This document shows, piece after piece, positions 16,142-30,737 of a DNA stretch of 64,000 nucleotides. The first letter of the stretch is position 1, and the number at the start of each line of letters is the position of its first letter. The stretch lies in NCBI GenBank assembly GCA_964016885.1, contig OZ024745.1, positions 71,920,001 to 71,984,000 on the forward strand, in the 5' to 3' direction. This DNA comes from Eledone cirrhosa (Eukaryota). Position numbers and translations under genes: made by a program. The notes under the pieces are model-generated. The model saw only the letters and a list, made by a program, of their open reading frames with translations, did no database searches and was not told where the DNA came from.

Positions 16142-16247
16142 TATTCTGATGATTTGATTAGGTATACATTGTATTTAAAATTGAATGACACAACTTCAAG
16201 TGATTACCAATTTTTAGACACCCTAATCAATGAAACAATTGTTAATA
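16142..16247 (+). ncRNA. Type I hammerhead ribozyme (long stem II)
   Basis: TATT CTGATGA TTTGATTAGG...CCTAATCAAT GAAA CAATTG TT AATA. Confidence 0.75.
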
Positions 16248-16390
16248 CTGTAGATAAAACCCTTTTTGTACTGTTGACCATGTTATTCTTCACTCTTTCA
16301 CTATTATTACTCCAAAATTAACCTGCATAGGAATTCCCGAGAACTCGCAACCTAACTAAGGAAACCTTTTGTTGAGTCAAACAATCAGGA

Positions 16391-16863
16391 ACCGCTCTGT
16401 ATAATCAGTTCCTGATTATTACTAGAATTCTATAAGAATCAAACATTCATGATTTTCAACAAACAGGAGTAGTAGTTAGCTTTGATAAGCATAAAAAAAT
16501 GCGAAACAGAGCTCTGTCAGCTTTATCTCCCCTGTTTGCTGAAAATTAAAGTAAGTGAGACTGTCACTATTCTAAAACAATAGCATAAGGTCTTCGAAAT
16601 GCTTTTAATTAAGCATTCAGTGTATTGCAAAATACACTATATATATACATTCATATATATATCGCTATTTCAGAGCACCAATTCTAATTTTCAATTTCTG
16701 CTTGACCGGCAACCGCTCTGTATAATCAGTTCCTGATTATTACTAGAATTCTATAAGAATCAAACATTCATGATTTTCAGCAAACAGGAGGATAAAAAAA
16801 TGCGAAACAGATCTCTGTCAGCTTTATCTCCCCTGTTTGCTGAAAATTAAAGTAAGTGAGACT

Positions 16864-16868
<5 letters not shown>
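16391..16868 (+). repeat. Partial tandem repeat (~321-bp period), retrozyme/pLTR-like
   Basis: ACCGCTCTGTATAATCAG starts at 16391 and 16712; the second copy lacks the 5' half of the HHR. Confidence 0.85.
16478..16522 (+). ncRNA. Type I hammerhead ribozyme, U3-A8 variant
   Basis: AGCT TTGATAA GCAT-AAAAAA-ATGC GAAA CAGAGCTCTG TC AGCT. Confidence 0.85.
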
Positions 16869-16907
<39 letters not shown>

Positions 16908-19900
16908 CATATGCATATGCAAATAAACAAGCACACATACATAAACACATGCAAGTAATCAAACTGTGCTTGAATACAAATGCCAAGGTATGATCTAAAT
17001 TTAAAACATTTGATATTGATGAACTAGGCGACACATCATTTGGTTAGTTGACTGAGAATACCTTTGAAGAATAAGGACATACATTTCCTTATTCGGCACC
17101 AGTTATTGGGTGGTATTTTATTTTATAAACCCCAGAAAAATAAAAATAAAGTTCCCTCTGTGGGATATGAGCATAAATGGACTTATATAATGTTGGAAAG
17201 TTTTACAGATTTTGTGATTCACAGCTCTTGGAAATATTCAACGATGACAAAATTGTTGTTTCATTGTCAAAATTGTTTCTTATTTGACATAAAATGATTT
17301 AAACTATTAATTGCATAACACTTAGAATTACTTCAAAGTATTCCTGATATCATATATCACAACTACGTTGGCCAAAATAAAATAATTTTAGGTTAATTTG
17401 AATGACAAACATTTGCATATGAAAGAGACTATTCTCATTAATAAAAACCAGATCAATCATAAACAGCAGTTGTGAATTACATGAAGCTGATTGAATATTG
17501 TAGTTATTGCACATGTAACCACTCATCCGATCTAATTTCTAAGTGGTAAAGCACCACTCATCTTCAACACCACACTTTATTTCTTATTCTTAAAAAAAAA
17601 ACAAAAAAAAACAAAACAATAGAACCCCCCCGCCCTCTATATTTCATGAAATATAAGGTAAACGTATACACTGTTGTTTTGTTTCTCTTTACTTAGTCTT
17701 GTATTTTTCAGCTTCTCTAAAACAATCCTTTTTGTTTATGTTATAATATATAATCGTTTTCAGTCAGAACGAGTGCTTGATTATGAACGAGTTTTTGAAA
17801 GTGTAAAATCCCCAAGTTCATTTACACACTTAATTTTATGCATCAGATTGTATTTTGATGGCTTATTTTGTAAATAATCGTATTACACAAATAACCTTCT
17901 TTTATAAATATTTCTTTTCGACTGGATATTTCACAAATGCGAGCAAGTATATGTTAGTTTTTCTCGACCGTTATTAGTAATTTGAATAACTAACATTGAA
18001 TAACAAATAGATGAGAGCAAAATATTTTTATTATATAATCTCGAAACGCTAACATGTGCCCAGCTGCATTGAAAACGACATGTGGTATTGCTAAAACGCA
18101 GAAATCGGACATTTTAAAAAATAAGCAGAGAAACTATTTTTATTCGTAAGAGTGACATTATTTTTATTTCTATGAGAAATAAGAGCGTAACAAAGTTACG
18201 TATACTTAAAAATTAGTGACATTCTAGTTGACATTAAGAAGTTAATGATGTTTTCGTTGAAAACATCGAATCTAATGTTTATTTGAATAACATTTATATA
18301 AAATTTTATATCTTATTTTCTTTGTGAAGAAAACATTTTTGTTAGTTTCATCTATTTTTATTACTAGTGCTTCATCATAATAAATAATGTATAAAATTAT
18401 CTAGTATCGGATTGGTTTTACTATTAAATTCCCGTATTTCTGGAGGCCTTACCTCAACTGACCCTGTTTTTTGCTTTTTATAAACTGATGATTTATTATA
18501 ATTTTCTAATTCCTTTCTTACCCCCTGAAATTATGTTAAATTGAGCTAGGAAATAAAAAAAAATCTGTCGCTGTTTAAAATCTCGGGGTATGTGGCTGTT
18601 TTATGCCCAATGCGTGAGTATGCATTATTATTTTAATCTTAGAAAAAAAGAGAGTAAGGAGAAATATAGAGTATCGGACTAAATGTCATGCATTATTTAG
18701 TTATATCCCTTTACATTAATATTTAAATGACACCTTGATTGACGCTCTTCCAAATAAGTATCACATATATATTAAGCGGATTCAATAAACTGTACTTCTT
18801 AAAACAACGCTATAAATCAATACTTTAGAATGAGCTAGTGAAATGACAGGAAATCTAGATCAACAGAATAATTAGATGAAATACAGAATATTCTTTACAC
18901 TGTTACAAGATAAAATTATAAATGGTGTATTTTATCACATACTTCTAGGTTGCACAGGAGGTATTTAATCAATTATGTCATTCTACTTAAATAAACCCAT
19001 TGAGACAAAGTAACAAAGCAATCAATTTAATATATTTATTATGGTCCAGAAAAATATCATAATTCTGATGGTTTCGAAACTATTGCGGTTGAATAAATAA
19101 ATAGATTTGATCTCTTTATATGAATTGATAGCTGAGGAAATTGTATTTTTAAATAATTTAAAATAATCAGTTTTTATTTTATTCTATTTTCAAGGTTTTT
19201 TTAGTTCCCAGGACAAAGAATCACTGAAAAAGTATCACATTTCAAATTTCAAATCTAAATTAGTTTGTATGTCAAATGCTTAAAAAGAGACATGGCATTA
19301 AAACCCACATAGATACTACGCTCAATGGATTCATACAAGCTTTTATATATATATATATATCGTTGCTTTGGTTCATGTGGCTGGGTCACCGGTCGCAGTC
19401 TTCAATTTGTCAAGCTTTCTAACGTATGTTATTACTCTAAGGTGACACAACCTTATTGAGTGCTTTGCTGCACATTCCTGATTGTATATCGTTAGCTTAG
19501 TCACAGCCAAAACTTCGATTTTACTAAACTTCCATTTGCATATATATATATATATATATATGAAAAAACAAACAAACAGAAAGGATACACAATTGGATTC
19601 AACGCCCATGAGCTATTAGTGGTGTCGATTCTGCTCTAAGGATTCGAACCAAGTCTCCATTCTTAGGATAAACTCCTCGAACCAGTCTTGGAAACATTGT
19701 AAAAGGTCATGGACGCTGCTCTTTCACCTTTGACATAAGCCGTTAGAACAGGATTTATAAATACACAATGGTACAGAAACCTGATAGTACAGTTTAGAAG
19801 TCATTTGAAAAGTTTTTTTACAAATCATTTCGGAGTGGCTGAGAAGAAAGCTGTTTTATTTAACATACTAAGAAAAAAAAAAAAAAAATGATCATACGCC

Positions 19901-20625
19901 TTCCTACGTCATCGAATGACATTTTCATATTTAGAAAACGGATTTCCAGATAATCTGAATTGGTTAAAAATAGAGTCGGAAAGTTATTTTTAAGTACAAT
20001 GGGTTAAGTCATTTCTCAACGTAATTACTATTACATACAATTTCAAAACGTAATTACCATATTATTTTCAATACGTATGAAATGGCTCTAGGTATGGCTT
20101 TGTGGATATGAAATTATCTATTTAGTTTTGCACACCCATGGTTCATAGTTCCATCCCATTACATAGCACCAAGAACAAGGAGAGGCGACTGGATTCTAGA
20201 ATTGGTAGAGCGTGTACTAGAACACCTTTTGGTATTTAGATTTGTCTCCTTATCTCAAGCTCAAATTTCACTTTTTTCGTTCTCAGATCGATGAAATATG
20301 TATGAATCAAAGTGTTGAGCTTGATATAATCGACTGAACACAAATTATATTTTGGGAACCAGAATGGCTGCTATCCAATGATAAAACCAATAAGGAATAA
20401 AAGAATTCTTTGAATACAGTTGCTGTTTCTAACACAACTATTGTATTCAATTCATAAGAAAGCCAGACATTAGAATTAATGATTTGTAGAATATTTGTAA
20501 TACTTTAAACATGTTTAAATAAAGAAAATTGAAGGAAATGTAAGACAAATTTTCAGAAGTAATCTGAGCATTTCATGTTGTCTTGGGATTTAAGTTAGAT
20601 TTGCAAAATAGATACTACAAAAGCC

Positions 20626-20681
<56 letters not shown>

Positions 20682-20946
20682 TTTGAGTATATGTTGGTTA
20701 TTTACTGACACCTCAGTATGCAGATTGGAGCACTCGACGAAGTACGCAGGTTGGTTTGTTTACTCCGGAGTAATGTAAAATAATTAACATTGGCTGTGAC
20801 CTCTTCAGGCAGTCCGAATTGGTGTGGGAGAGACAGGTACACATGTTGTTGAAGTGTGTTTTACTCCATCAATACTCCGATATGTCCAGCTCCTGGTTGC
20901 GTTGTTATTTCTCTGAGGAACTGGAATCATATATATATGAATTCGG

Positions 20947-21001
20947 ACTGCCTGAAGAGGTCACAGCCAATGATGGCTGTCACCGAAATATATATAGCAG
21001 T
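20947..21001 (+). ncRNA. Type I hammerhead ribozyme
   Basis: ACTGC CTGAAGA GGTCACAGCCA-ATGA-TGGCTGTCACC GAAA TATATA TA GCAGT; partial inverted copy at 20790-20820. Confidence 0.85.
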
Positions 21002-21121
21002 ATATCTATAATTTGTAATAAACGAAGCAAAATTTTACATATATGACTTAATTATTTTATATATATATATTTTATTATATTTTATTATTTTATATACATA
21101 TATATTTGCATCTCTCTCTCG

Positions 21122-21240
<119 letters not shown>

Positions 21241-21302
21241 TATATATAAGGAAAAGAAATCTAAAATGCAACTGGACTCTTTTTAAGAATACTTATTTAT
21301 TT

Positions 21303-21340
21303 CCTTTACCGGTTTCACGGTTCTTATGCTTTTCAAAAGT
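21303..21340 (-). ncRNA. Degenerate HHR of the 45163 family
   Basis: CTT TTGAAAA GCATAAGAACCGT GAAA CCGG TA AAGG; stem II is decayed. Confidence 0.55.
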
Positions 21341-22331
21341 AGAATTGAGATAGAGGGTTTGTGGTTTGTATCACATCAGATGCGGTCAAAGCCGGCGGCG
21401 CGGCGGGTTCCAAGTCCGACTGGGCCCCGGAGCGCAGTCATTCCGAGTAATTTCGTTTACCGAAAGAAGTGAAAATTTATTTTCCCAACCACTCAAGGAA
21501 GGCTTATCCCCCCCGAGCGCCTGGCTTTGACCGCCAAATAGTACCTTTAAATTCTAGGCTTAATCATAACTATTAGCTGTATCATGCTTCCCTCTACTGG
21601 CACGTAACTAAATCCCCCTCCTGTGTGAATTAATAGTATTCGTTTGGTATAGGCGATGGCCTGACGGCGATGGCGGATTTTCCGCTAACACACCCGACGC
21701 CTAAGACAGTTACATTCCTGGAGTGCTCGGAAAAATTAATTTCCATTTCTTTCGCTAGACGAAATTACTCGGAACGGTTGACACGTGGTTAGGGAGGGTT
21801 GGCCGGGATCTGCAGTCGTCGCTGGTTATTGACTGCTAAACAAGGGCTTAATCTTTACCCTATATCCCACCCTGAAAACTTATCGAGACTATCTATAATA
21901 CATTTAAACCTTTTCATAAAAGACTCTTTCTGTAAATTCTTTAACTAAATCTCACAACCCAAACTTTAAACCTTATTTCATCCTATAACTCTAAACATAA
22001 GTTTAACTTTTTAATTGTTAACCGAAGTTTCTGTCCACACATTATACCATACAGACGCCTTTGTTAAAGATATATGTTCTTTGGAAAAAACATTTTTCGC
22101 GGCAATTTCTAGCACGCATAGTCAGCATGATTGTGGCATGATCTCAACGCTGACATTTCTCTTTGACGGGGAGGTAGTAGCACATTATAAGCTTACGCCC
22201 CCTCACCAGATGGTCATAAGTAGACTTAATAATCAACACTCGAGGTAGAAGCTGCTAAATAGTCGGTCGCCTCTTGTCTCTGATTTTCAGCCCATGGATT
22301 TTATCTGTTATATTCCTTTGTTATATTTTGA

Positions 22332-22389
22332 ATACCTGATGATATCACAGGATTCATACTGAACCCGGTCATTGAAATGATCATAGTAT
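22332..22389 (+). ncRNA. Type I hammerhead ribozyme
   Basis: ATAC CTGATGA TATCACAGGATTCA-TAC-TGAACCCGGTCATT GAAA TGATCA TA GTAT. Confidence 0.75.
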
Positions 22390-22605
22390 AATAAACTTTT
22401 CAAGGATTTACACCAGTCCAGCCTCCTGTTATTTTATAATAATTAACTCCGTACTCGCACCACCAACTATACAAACGAAGACGTGTGAGTTGCATTACGT
22501 TGAGTGCTCTCCATAATATTACATCGGGATTGACCATACGGATTGACCAGTTCTATCCAGTGGTAAACCAACAAACCTAAATATATATATATATATATAT
22601 ATATA

Positions 22606-22710
22606 ATTGTTTCTACTTTAGGCACAAGGCCAGCAATTACCCAGTACATTACTGGTACTTTATTTTATCGACCCCGTAAGGATGAAAGGCAAAGTTAACC
22701 TCGGCGGGAT
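22606..22710 (-). mobile_element. SINE family A fragment
   Basis: TTTATCGACCCCGTAAGGATGAAAGGCAAAGTTAACCTCGGCGGGATT. Confidence 0.8.
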
Positions 22711-22827
22711 TATATATATATATAATGGCGATGAATTTGATTTGCGAGGTGTTTGATATGAACAGTGAGTGTGTTCTGTTATTATTTCTGGCAATATTAT
22801 TACAACATTATGATCCTCCCCAAGTAT

Positions 22828-22958
<131 letters not shown>

Positions 22959-23080
22959 GCATGTTTAAGTATCGAGAGAGAGAAACAAGGAAAGATAAGC
23001 GATACATATATTTAGTTGCCACTAGTTTGTGCAAATGTGCTCAATACTCGTGCCTTAAATATTAGAAGTGTTAATATTTA

Positions 23081-23389
23081 GTGGGCGAGAAAACGAGATT
23101 TAGAACACATCTCCACTCTTTCAGGAACAAAAAACTAAGGCACTCCACGTCACTTGACAATTACGTCACTACATTAAAAGACGCCAACATCAGCTTCTCC
23201 ACACACTGGGATATTGCCGGTAGGGCTGCACCCTACAATTTCAAGAGGAAGTGCGAGCTTTGCCTCATGGAGCTTTACTACATCATAAGAACACCCCACG
23301 AGCTCATAAACAGTAGAGCCGAATCAGTCATAAACTGTAAACACCGAATGCAAGCGTCTTACTTCGGGTGGGAAGCGACTGTGGCATGA
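23081..23389 (+). pseudogene. PLE GIY-YIG endonuclease C-terminal fragment
   Basis: KTRFRTH.HSF..STSL..W.I..A.PY..KCELCLME..LINSRAE..CKH; followed by a 60-bp tandem (23460-23585) and an HHR. Confidence 0.85.
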
Positions 23390-23776
23390 AAACTATAAAC
23401 TGGGTCCCCCTGCCCAAACCATAACACTCCGGTGGGCAGGCGGTGTAAACAAACATCTGTGAACTAAATATACATACCAGACCCGGCTCTAACCGGCATT
23501 AGTAAAGCAGCACCCACAAAATAATAAATATGCATCCCAGACCTGGCTCGAACCGGCATTAGTAAAACAGCACCCACAAAATAATAACGCAAAACACCAT
23601 CATGTGAACGGGTAAAAAAGCCAGTGGGACAAGATTATTCGAGCACCGGCCAGAGTTGCTCCCCCTGCTCTGCGGCAATAACAACACAGGTACTTAAGCG
23701 AAGAATGAACTCTGATGTGAATTTAACCTTAAAACGCCTGCTGGGTCGCGTACTGATAATTTTTTGTTTGTTTTCC

Positions 23777-23819
23777 ATGCCCTTGAGAAGCCCGTTCTGG
23801 GCGAAACGTACGTAGGTGT
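23777..23819 (+). ncRNA. Type I hammerhead ribozyme, U3-A8 variant, in PLE 3' region
   Basis: ATGCCC TTGAGAA GCCC-GTTCT-GGGC GAAA CGTACG TA GGTGT. Confidence 0.75.
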
Positions 23820-24529
23820 ATTGTTATATAACATGTTTTAACGGTATATACTCCTTTGTATTCATTTCTTATATATATATATATATATATAACCTCATCA
23901 GGCCTGAGTACAGCACATCTTTTTTCAGAGAAACGAAGCGAGTGAGAGAAAGGAAGTGAGAAAGAGATATAGAGGGAAAAATCGATCCCAGTACGAGACT
24001 TGTACTTTGTTATCGACCTCGGATGGATGAAAGGCAACGTTGACCTCGGTGGAGTTTGGAATGAGAGAGAAAAGATCCGGAATGAATACTGCAAAGCACT
24101 CTATTTGATGTTCTAACAACTCTGATAATTGACGCCTGAATTTTACATTAGAAATAAAGCTGTTGCTGTAAATATCAATTCTGCCCTGCTGATATGTAAG
24201 GAGAAAATAACATTTAGTCGAGACAACTGACTAAAAACGATTAAAAGCAGTACCAGAACATGGCTGGAGACTGTCATAAGTAAATTAATATTATATTCGT
24301 ATATGTATACATGAATATGCATATACCGCACATATACATTACTTCCGAGATTATGAAACATAATGCTAACATACATTAATGTTTTCAACTCTAGGAGTTA
24401 CTCAGATCTTTTATTAACATCGCACATTTTTGTTCATTTGCCCTTCCTCAATTCATCGCCTATACTGTGAGTTTTGCTCTTATATAGTTTGTAGTTTCAA
24501 TTATTTAACATCATCTAAATGTTGATGCT

Positions 24530-24573
<44 letters not shown>

Positions 24574-24599
24574 GTACTGATTTTCCTATATACGTCATG

Positions 24600-25710
24600 T
24601 TAAGGCAGCCCCATGTTGATGTATATAGGTGTGTTGGTTAGGATCTTGGCGCAAGTACATATTTATTTCAACATGATCGATCGAGTCAGTCGTGAGTTAT
24701 TGCTGTTTATATACAGGCGTGTTTATAAATCCTGTTACGTTTGCGATGCATGAAAATATTGGACAACTCAAAACATCTACCACCGAAACATTTAATTCTT
24801 TATTACAAACTTATGGAAATGCCACACTATCAAGAAGTAAGATTTTTAAGGGGCATAGAGCTTTCAAAAAGGACCGGAAAAATATTGAAGGCGAACCTCG
24901 TTCTGGAAGGCGAATCTCATCAACAAATGAACAAAATGTGGAAGCAGGGCATGCAGTGATTGTGAAAGATCACCGATTAAGTGTTAGGACGATTGCAGAA
25001 GAAACGAGCTTGGATAAAAATGCAGTTCACCGAATTGAAACAGACTATTTGCACATGTGAACAATTTATGCAATACTAGTACCCCCAAGACAGTGCAATG
25101 AAATGCGAACCGGTTGGAAATTTCTCAAAATTATTTGAAAGAAATATTCTAAATTGAGCCAAATTTCTGGGATAAACTAATATCAGATGACTCATGGGTG
25201 TTCGAGTACGATCCAGAGGAAAAACGGCAAAGTGAGGAGTAGCATACGAAAAATTCTCCTTGTCCGAAGAAAGTACGCATGGAGAGATCTAGGGTGACAC
25301 CGATGATTATTTTTTTCGACAGCTGTGATATTGTTGACAAAGAATGTTTACCTCCAGGACAGACCATTAATCGCACCATCTACAAAGAGGTCTTGGAACG
25401 AATTCGGAAACGGTCCAGCGAGTCCGAAAGGGCATAGTAGGAGGTTAGGTACTGCACAACAATAACGTGCCTGCTCGCACACCACTTTTTCAATTAGAGA
25501 ATTTCTGGCCAGGCAAAACATTCCTATACTACTACATCCTCCCTACAGCTCAAATCTAGCTCCATGCGATTTCTATCTCTTGAAATCGAAGTTGAAGGGT
25601 CATCCTTTTGGGACTGGAATACATGTAAAAAGTTGTAACCGACGAGCTAAGGACACTCACAGAAAATTACTTCCGATATAGCTACGATCAATGGAGAACA
25701 CGTTGGATAG
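24600..25710 (+). mobile_element. Degenerate mariner transposon
   Basis: HTH region (YGNATLSRSKIF..AFK..R..IE.EPRSGR), SDDSWVFEYDPEEKRQS, LPPGQTIN and HPPYS.NLAPCDFYL; many stops and frameshifts. Confidence 0.9.
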
Positions 25711-26938
25711 ATGGGAGTAGGAAAAGAAAGAAGACAGAAAATGTTCATGTCTTTTAAAATTTCACATCTTTCTTTGGTGTTTGCCTTATACACAATTTCC
25801 CCCTTTCTTGTTTCTATGTTGTTAGTGTCAGTATTTATTAGGCTTTTTGCACACAATACTCTCAACTTGATATATTACACTTATTATACTTCCATTTCTA
25901 CTTTTTTATTGGCTAGCAATTCCAGGAAAATATAGTAAAACTAGCATAAACTATCGTATAAAAGGCAGGAGTTTTAATCATTTAACTGTCGTTGGTAAAA
26001 ATATCAAAGGTTACAATTATTTTCTATTGAAACTATTCTTATGTTGGTAGGATGTGACAATGTCCTAATAATATTAGGCAATTAAAACTCAAGTCACTTG
26101 CAAAACTGGTAAAACGCTGAAATAACTAAAATTGTTTCACGGAAATTTTTCTGGATGTGATCGTTAAATATACCTAGCCATTTTCTCCCCAGAACTACAC
26201 CACGCTGGAAGTCCAGTCCTGCTTTTATTTTGTCTTGCGGATGTCAACTTAAGGTTCATGTGGAACATTTATATTGATAACACCTGTCCCCATTGTCTGA
26301 AGATCACTTGATCAAACTTTAGAAATAGAAGCTTTTCAGTACATTTGTAGTTTCTAATTTAGACACGTGATTAGCAATTTAGGGTTGGGCAGGATGGACG
26401 TTCATTATATGGACCGTAGTATTTTATCAATCTCGGAAAGATGAAAGGAAAGGTTGACCTCGGTGCGGCCTCAGAAATACAGGGCAGTACATCTTAACAC
26501 TTCGATAAAGAAATGTTTAAAATATACACGTGACGAAATAAAAAACTTGGTTCAATACGGCCTCAAGGTCGATACCCTAGGTTACCTGTAGTCCAATTAT
26601 CGAAGCCAATAAATTACAGCCGATGGCAACCTTTTTCCACCTTTAAGGGTCTTAATCTTATTTTATAAGCTATTTTATACCACTTTCATGTATGATCAGG
26701 CCACTCTTTATACTAACATGTATAATATAATCATATGTATAACATATCTTAAACAATTTATATAATTGAAGCATGTCTGCATATTGTGGGGTATGTATTG
26801 AATATGCTGAAAGGTTTCAAGCCAGTGATGAAATGAGTATATAGCTCACACACACACGTCAAAATTCTTGTCTTTAAACAGTTAAAGTTTGTCAATTCTA
26901 GCAATATCTCATTATCATTGAAATTTAATTGATGAGAG

Positions 26939-26969
<31 letters not shown>

Positions 26970-29356
26970 AGATGTTTCTAACAGGAGTTTGAACCACTGA
27001 AAATACAAACCCTTGATGTACATTATACACACCTATGTACGTATGGTAGAATATCCAAACGGCCAAAGCTTGATACACATCCCCTAATATAGCTTACTTA
27101 TTGTAGATGTTTGAAAGTTTTCTCTCGCACATATCGAAAGAATTCAGAAAGATTGTAAAAGTTGAATGTACGATACAAAATTAGTTGTCTGAAAGGAAAA
27201 AGAAAGTTAAAAATAAAAATGTTTTCTTTTAAAGAAAAAAAACCCCCAAAGAAATGAAAAGTGTTGTAAGGTATGTTTTGTTTCATGGGGTTTTCGAACA
27301 AACCGTTTAAAACGATTCGTAAAACGTTCGACAACGCCCTTGAGATGTGAGCGGATGTTAGGTGGGGCAATTTTCATTGTTTAATGTTTATATATAATGT
27401 ATGTCTTGAAGTAAAGAAAATGTAGGTTCTTTCTTCGACATTGTTATTTCTCTCATATACTTATTTAATTCTTTCCCTCTTACAATAAGTGCTCCCCACC
27501 AGAAAAAAACAAAAAACAAGCAAAAAAAAAAAAAAAACAACAAAAAAACAAAAAAAAAACAACAACAAAAAACATGCTGAACAACAACATGTTTCTTCGA
27601 GTTTGTAAATCATTAGTAAATAAACACAAGTGTCAAATCTGCCTCTGTATATTCCGAGATATATAGCTTCCATCACATAAATCGCCTCGACTGTGAGTTT
27701 GTTCGGTGCATGACGTTTTTAAGTTTACTTAATCTTGCAAACTGATTATTGTAACAATTCCTTCAGCGGTTATTGTTACTGTCAATGTTTTTAGTTGCTT
27801 CTATTGTTTTTGTCCTTGGAATGTGTTCGAATTATATTTTTATAAAATTTGTTGTGATGACTGTTTTGTATATTTATCTATAGAACTTCACATGCTATGT
27901 CACTATCACCATCTTTCAACATTCAACTTGATTCTTTTATCCAATAAAACAAATAGCAAATAACATCCATCATAAAACAATTTGACAATAACTCACTTCC
28001 ACACCTCTTCCGAAAGAAAATAAATTTGATCTGAAAGAGATCTTATGAAAATACCAGGGACATCACTAGTTCTTCGCATTGCAATGTATTTTTTTGGCTA
28101 TGATTAATAACGTTTGGAGACGGAATGAAATATCTGGACAGCGATATCCAAATTTAAAGATGTCAAATTTATGCATTAGCTTTCATCCTTCCCGGGCCAA
28201 TACAATAAAGTACAAGTCCAATAGGGTGGTTAATTTAGATAACTTTGTCTTTTGTCTTTCTCCCAAATTGTGCTAGGCTTGTGCCCAAATTAGTAATCAA
28301 TGTTAAAACTGAACGACTGCTCTACTGACAGACAAATGATCTTTGAGTATTTAGTTACATTCTGAGGTTATATCCTGCTGAGGATGACTGTGCTCGAAAT
28401 CGGCGCGCGCGAGTCTGCCTGTCTATAGAAATAGATTCAAATGAATCAAGTATGCCCTGTATCCACAAATATTGTTCTAGTCTTGTGCCAATGTAATAAG
28501 AAACGTTCAATATATAACTAGATTAAAAGTGTCTAAATTCCGTTGGAATTGACCAAGTATCATGAGTCATGTTAGATTTGAAATCCTTAGTGATTAGATA
28601 ACCAAAGTTAAGTAATATGCTTACAGACTAAATATTTTTATTTAAACCAGATACTTTTATAGTGTTATACTTTTTATATTTTATTTTAACAGTACCAACA
28701 ACTAAGAAATAGTTAGAAGCAATCTGATGATTATAAAAATTACAACTCTTTGAAAATACTAATGAATGTTTTTAAATGAAAACGTCCATCAGAAATAAAA
28801 TAAAATAAACACATTTGCCTGTTGGTGTGACATGAAAAGAATAGTTTAATATTTACTCAAAAGTAAAATGTCAGAAGCAGACACATTCTGTCAATGTTTC
28901 TATCAATTCATTAGAGTCAATTTTGTTATATAACCCTTTCAGTATCAGTTTATTACTTCAAAAGATTGACCCTTTACTTTCATGGCAGTTTTACACAAAT
29001 TTGTAGCATTAACTAATAGAGATTGAACGTGCGTATGAATCTGAATTCAGGACTTCGAAGATGAATACCTTTTCCAATACGTTTATTGCTGTAGCTTAAA
29101 TGTAAATTTCTGATCATCCAACGGGCGTGCATGCATGTCATTAATATTAGTGGCTAGAGTGAAGTAAAATACTTTAAACGTAGACTAGAAACTAAATCGC
29201 AGTGATCGCCAATGTAGTTTTCTGTCCATTATAAAATTACATTTATTGATGTGGCAAGCAGATCCTATAAGCTTCCATCTTTCTCATTTGAAATAATTCG
29301 ATCATTAGACTTGAATACAAATATAGAAAGATCTATTTTCTTGGTATAACAAGCAG

Positions 29357-29400
<44 letters not shown>

Positions 29401-29643
29401 AATTTGTAATTTCTTATATTATATAATCGAACAATGTATTTTTCTATGCTGAAATTATTTAAACAAACTTAAAACAATGTATTTTCAAACGTGAATATAA
29501 ACATAAAATAAACCAAATCAGATTTTATTTCAGCATGTTAGACATATGCAAAGATCTACAAAATATTCTCCCATAAGTATCTTATCACTCTGATATAGCT
29601 ACATAAAATAGCTTAATTCCAGTTTAAGGAAACAAAAAGAGAG

Positions 29644-29679
<36 letters not shown>

Positions 29680-30737
29680 CAGCCAATGAACTGTGAACAT
29701 TTCTTTGACAATGTATTCTAACACAAATGGTTTAGGTGTTAGTACTACGTCTATGGTTAATCGTTAACCTTTGGAAAGATTGAAATTGTAATCATTGGCA
29801 TCGTATATTCAAACTATTTGTTTTGGTAATGTTCTCTAAATTTCGAGTATTTAAACCTAAATTGAATTTTGGAGAACTGGAAGCACACTATACTTAAAAT
29901 TTGTGTTTTCAAAATGCATAATATTTTGCTATGATCATCAGTTTTTTTTTTATTTAAATGTTATATAAAGTATGTTTTATACCATGCATTTCAGTAACTT
30001 AAATCAAGTAAATGAGAACTGCTACTAGCAACCATATGACTTTACTATAAACCTGAGCTGACGATGATTAAACCGGAAATAGACAGACATGTATGAATAT
30101 TTATAGCTAGAAACCATTTAGGACGAAAATCAGCTTTTGCTAACATGTGAAAATGTCTTTCATATCGGGTACAGCATTGTAACATCTTTAAACGGGTGAG
30201 GGTTTAGCTTATTTTCTCACAACATTGTATTTTTTTTTAATCAACTGACAGACAGCCCCACAGAGAGACCAACTACTTATGGTAAAATATAATACTTCAA
30301 GCTTATAGATTTATATAAAAAAGCTCAAAATGTTTCTGAAAGTTGCTTCAGTTTACAGTGTTGTCAGCTTTACGACCGGACTACTAAGAAATATTTCACT
30401 AGATATATATTAAACGGAAAACTGAAATTCTCTTAAAACAAAAAAACAAAACAAAACCGTTCTGTTGTTTTTATAACAAAGAATTTTATATTACTATAAA
30501 TATTGACCATCAGAATACTTTTGAGCAGAAAGTATATCTAAAAGAACTAATCTTTTCTTTACAATTTCTTTTAATAGAAAAATGTTTGTTTACACATTTT
30601 TCTACAATATTTATGGAGCATGAAAAACTAAAAATCTAAGTTACAGAAAAATTAAACTATCAGCTGAAATGCCAACAGGAGACTTTCATAGAACTGCTTT
30701 TCAAGCAAAATTTCATTAAAAATTATATATATATTTG

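Larger units (their letters stand above)
15895..16303. repeat. ~200-bp-arm palindrome with one HHR per arm
   Basis: Arms mirror each other around ~16100. Confidence 0.95.

Noticed and set aside
19600-19785. Possible minus-strand exon
   Set aside because: Short open frame with no recognisable motif or partner exons.
29361-29678. Long poly(A) tracts as retrocopy tails
   Set aside because: No upstream recognisable element or TSD.
30058-30085. CTGACGA...GAAA
   Set aside because: No pairing for stems I or III and no UH site.
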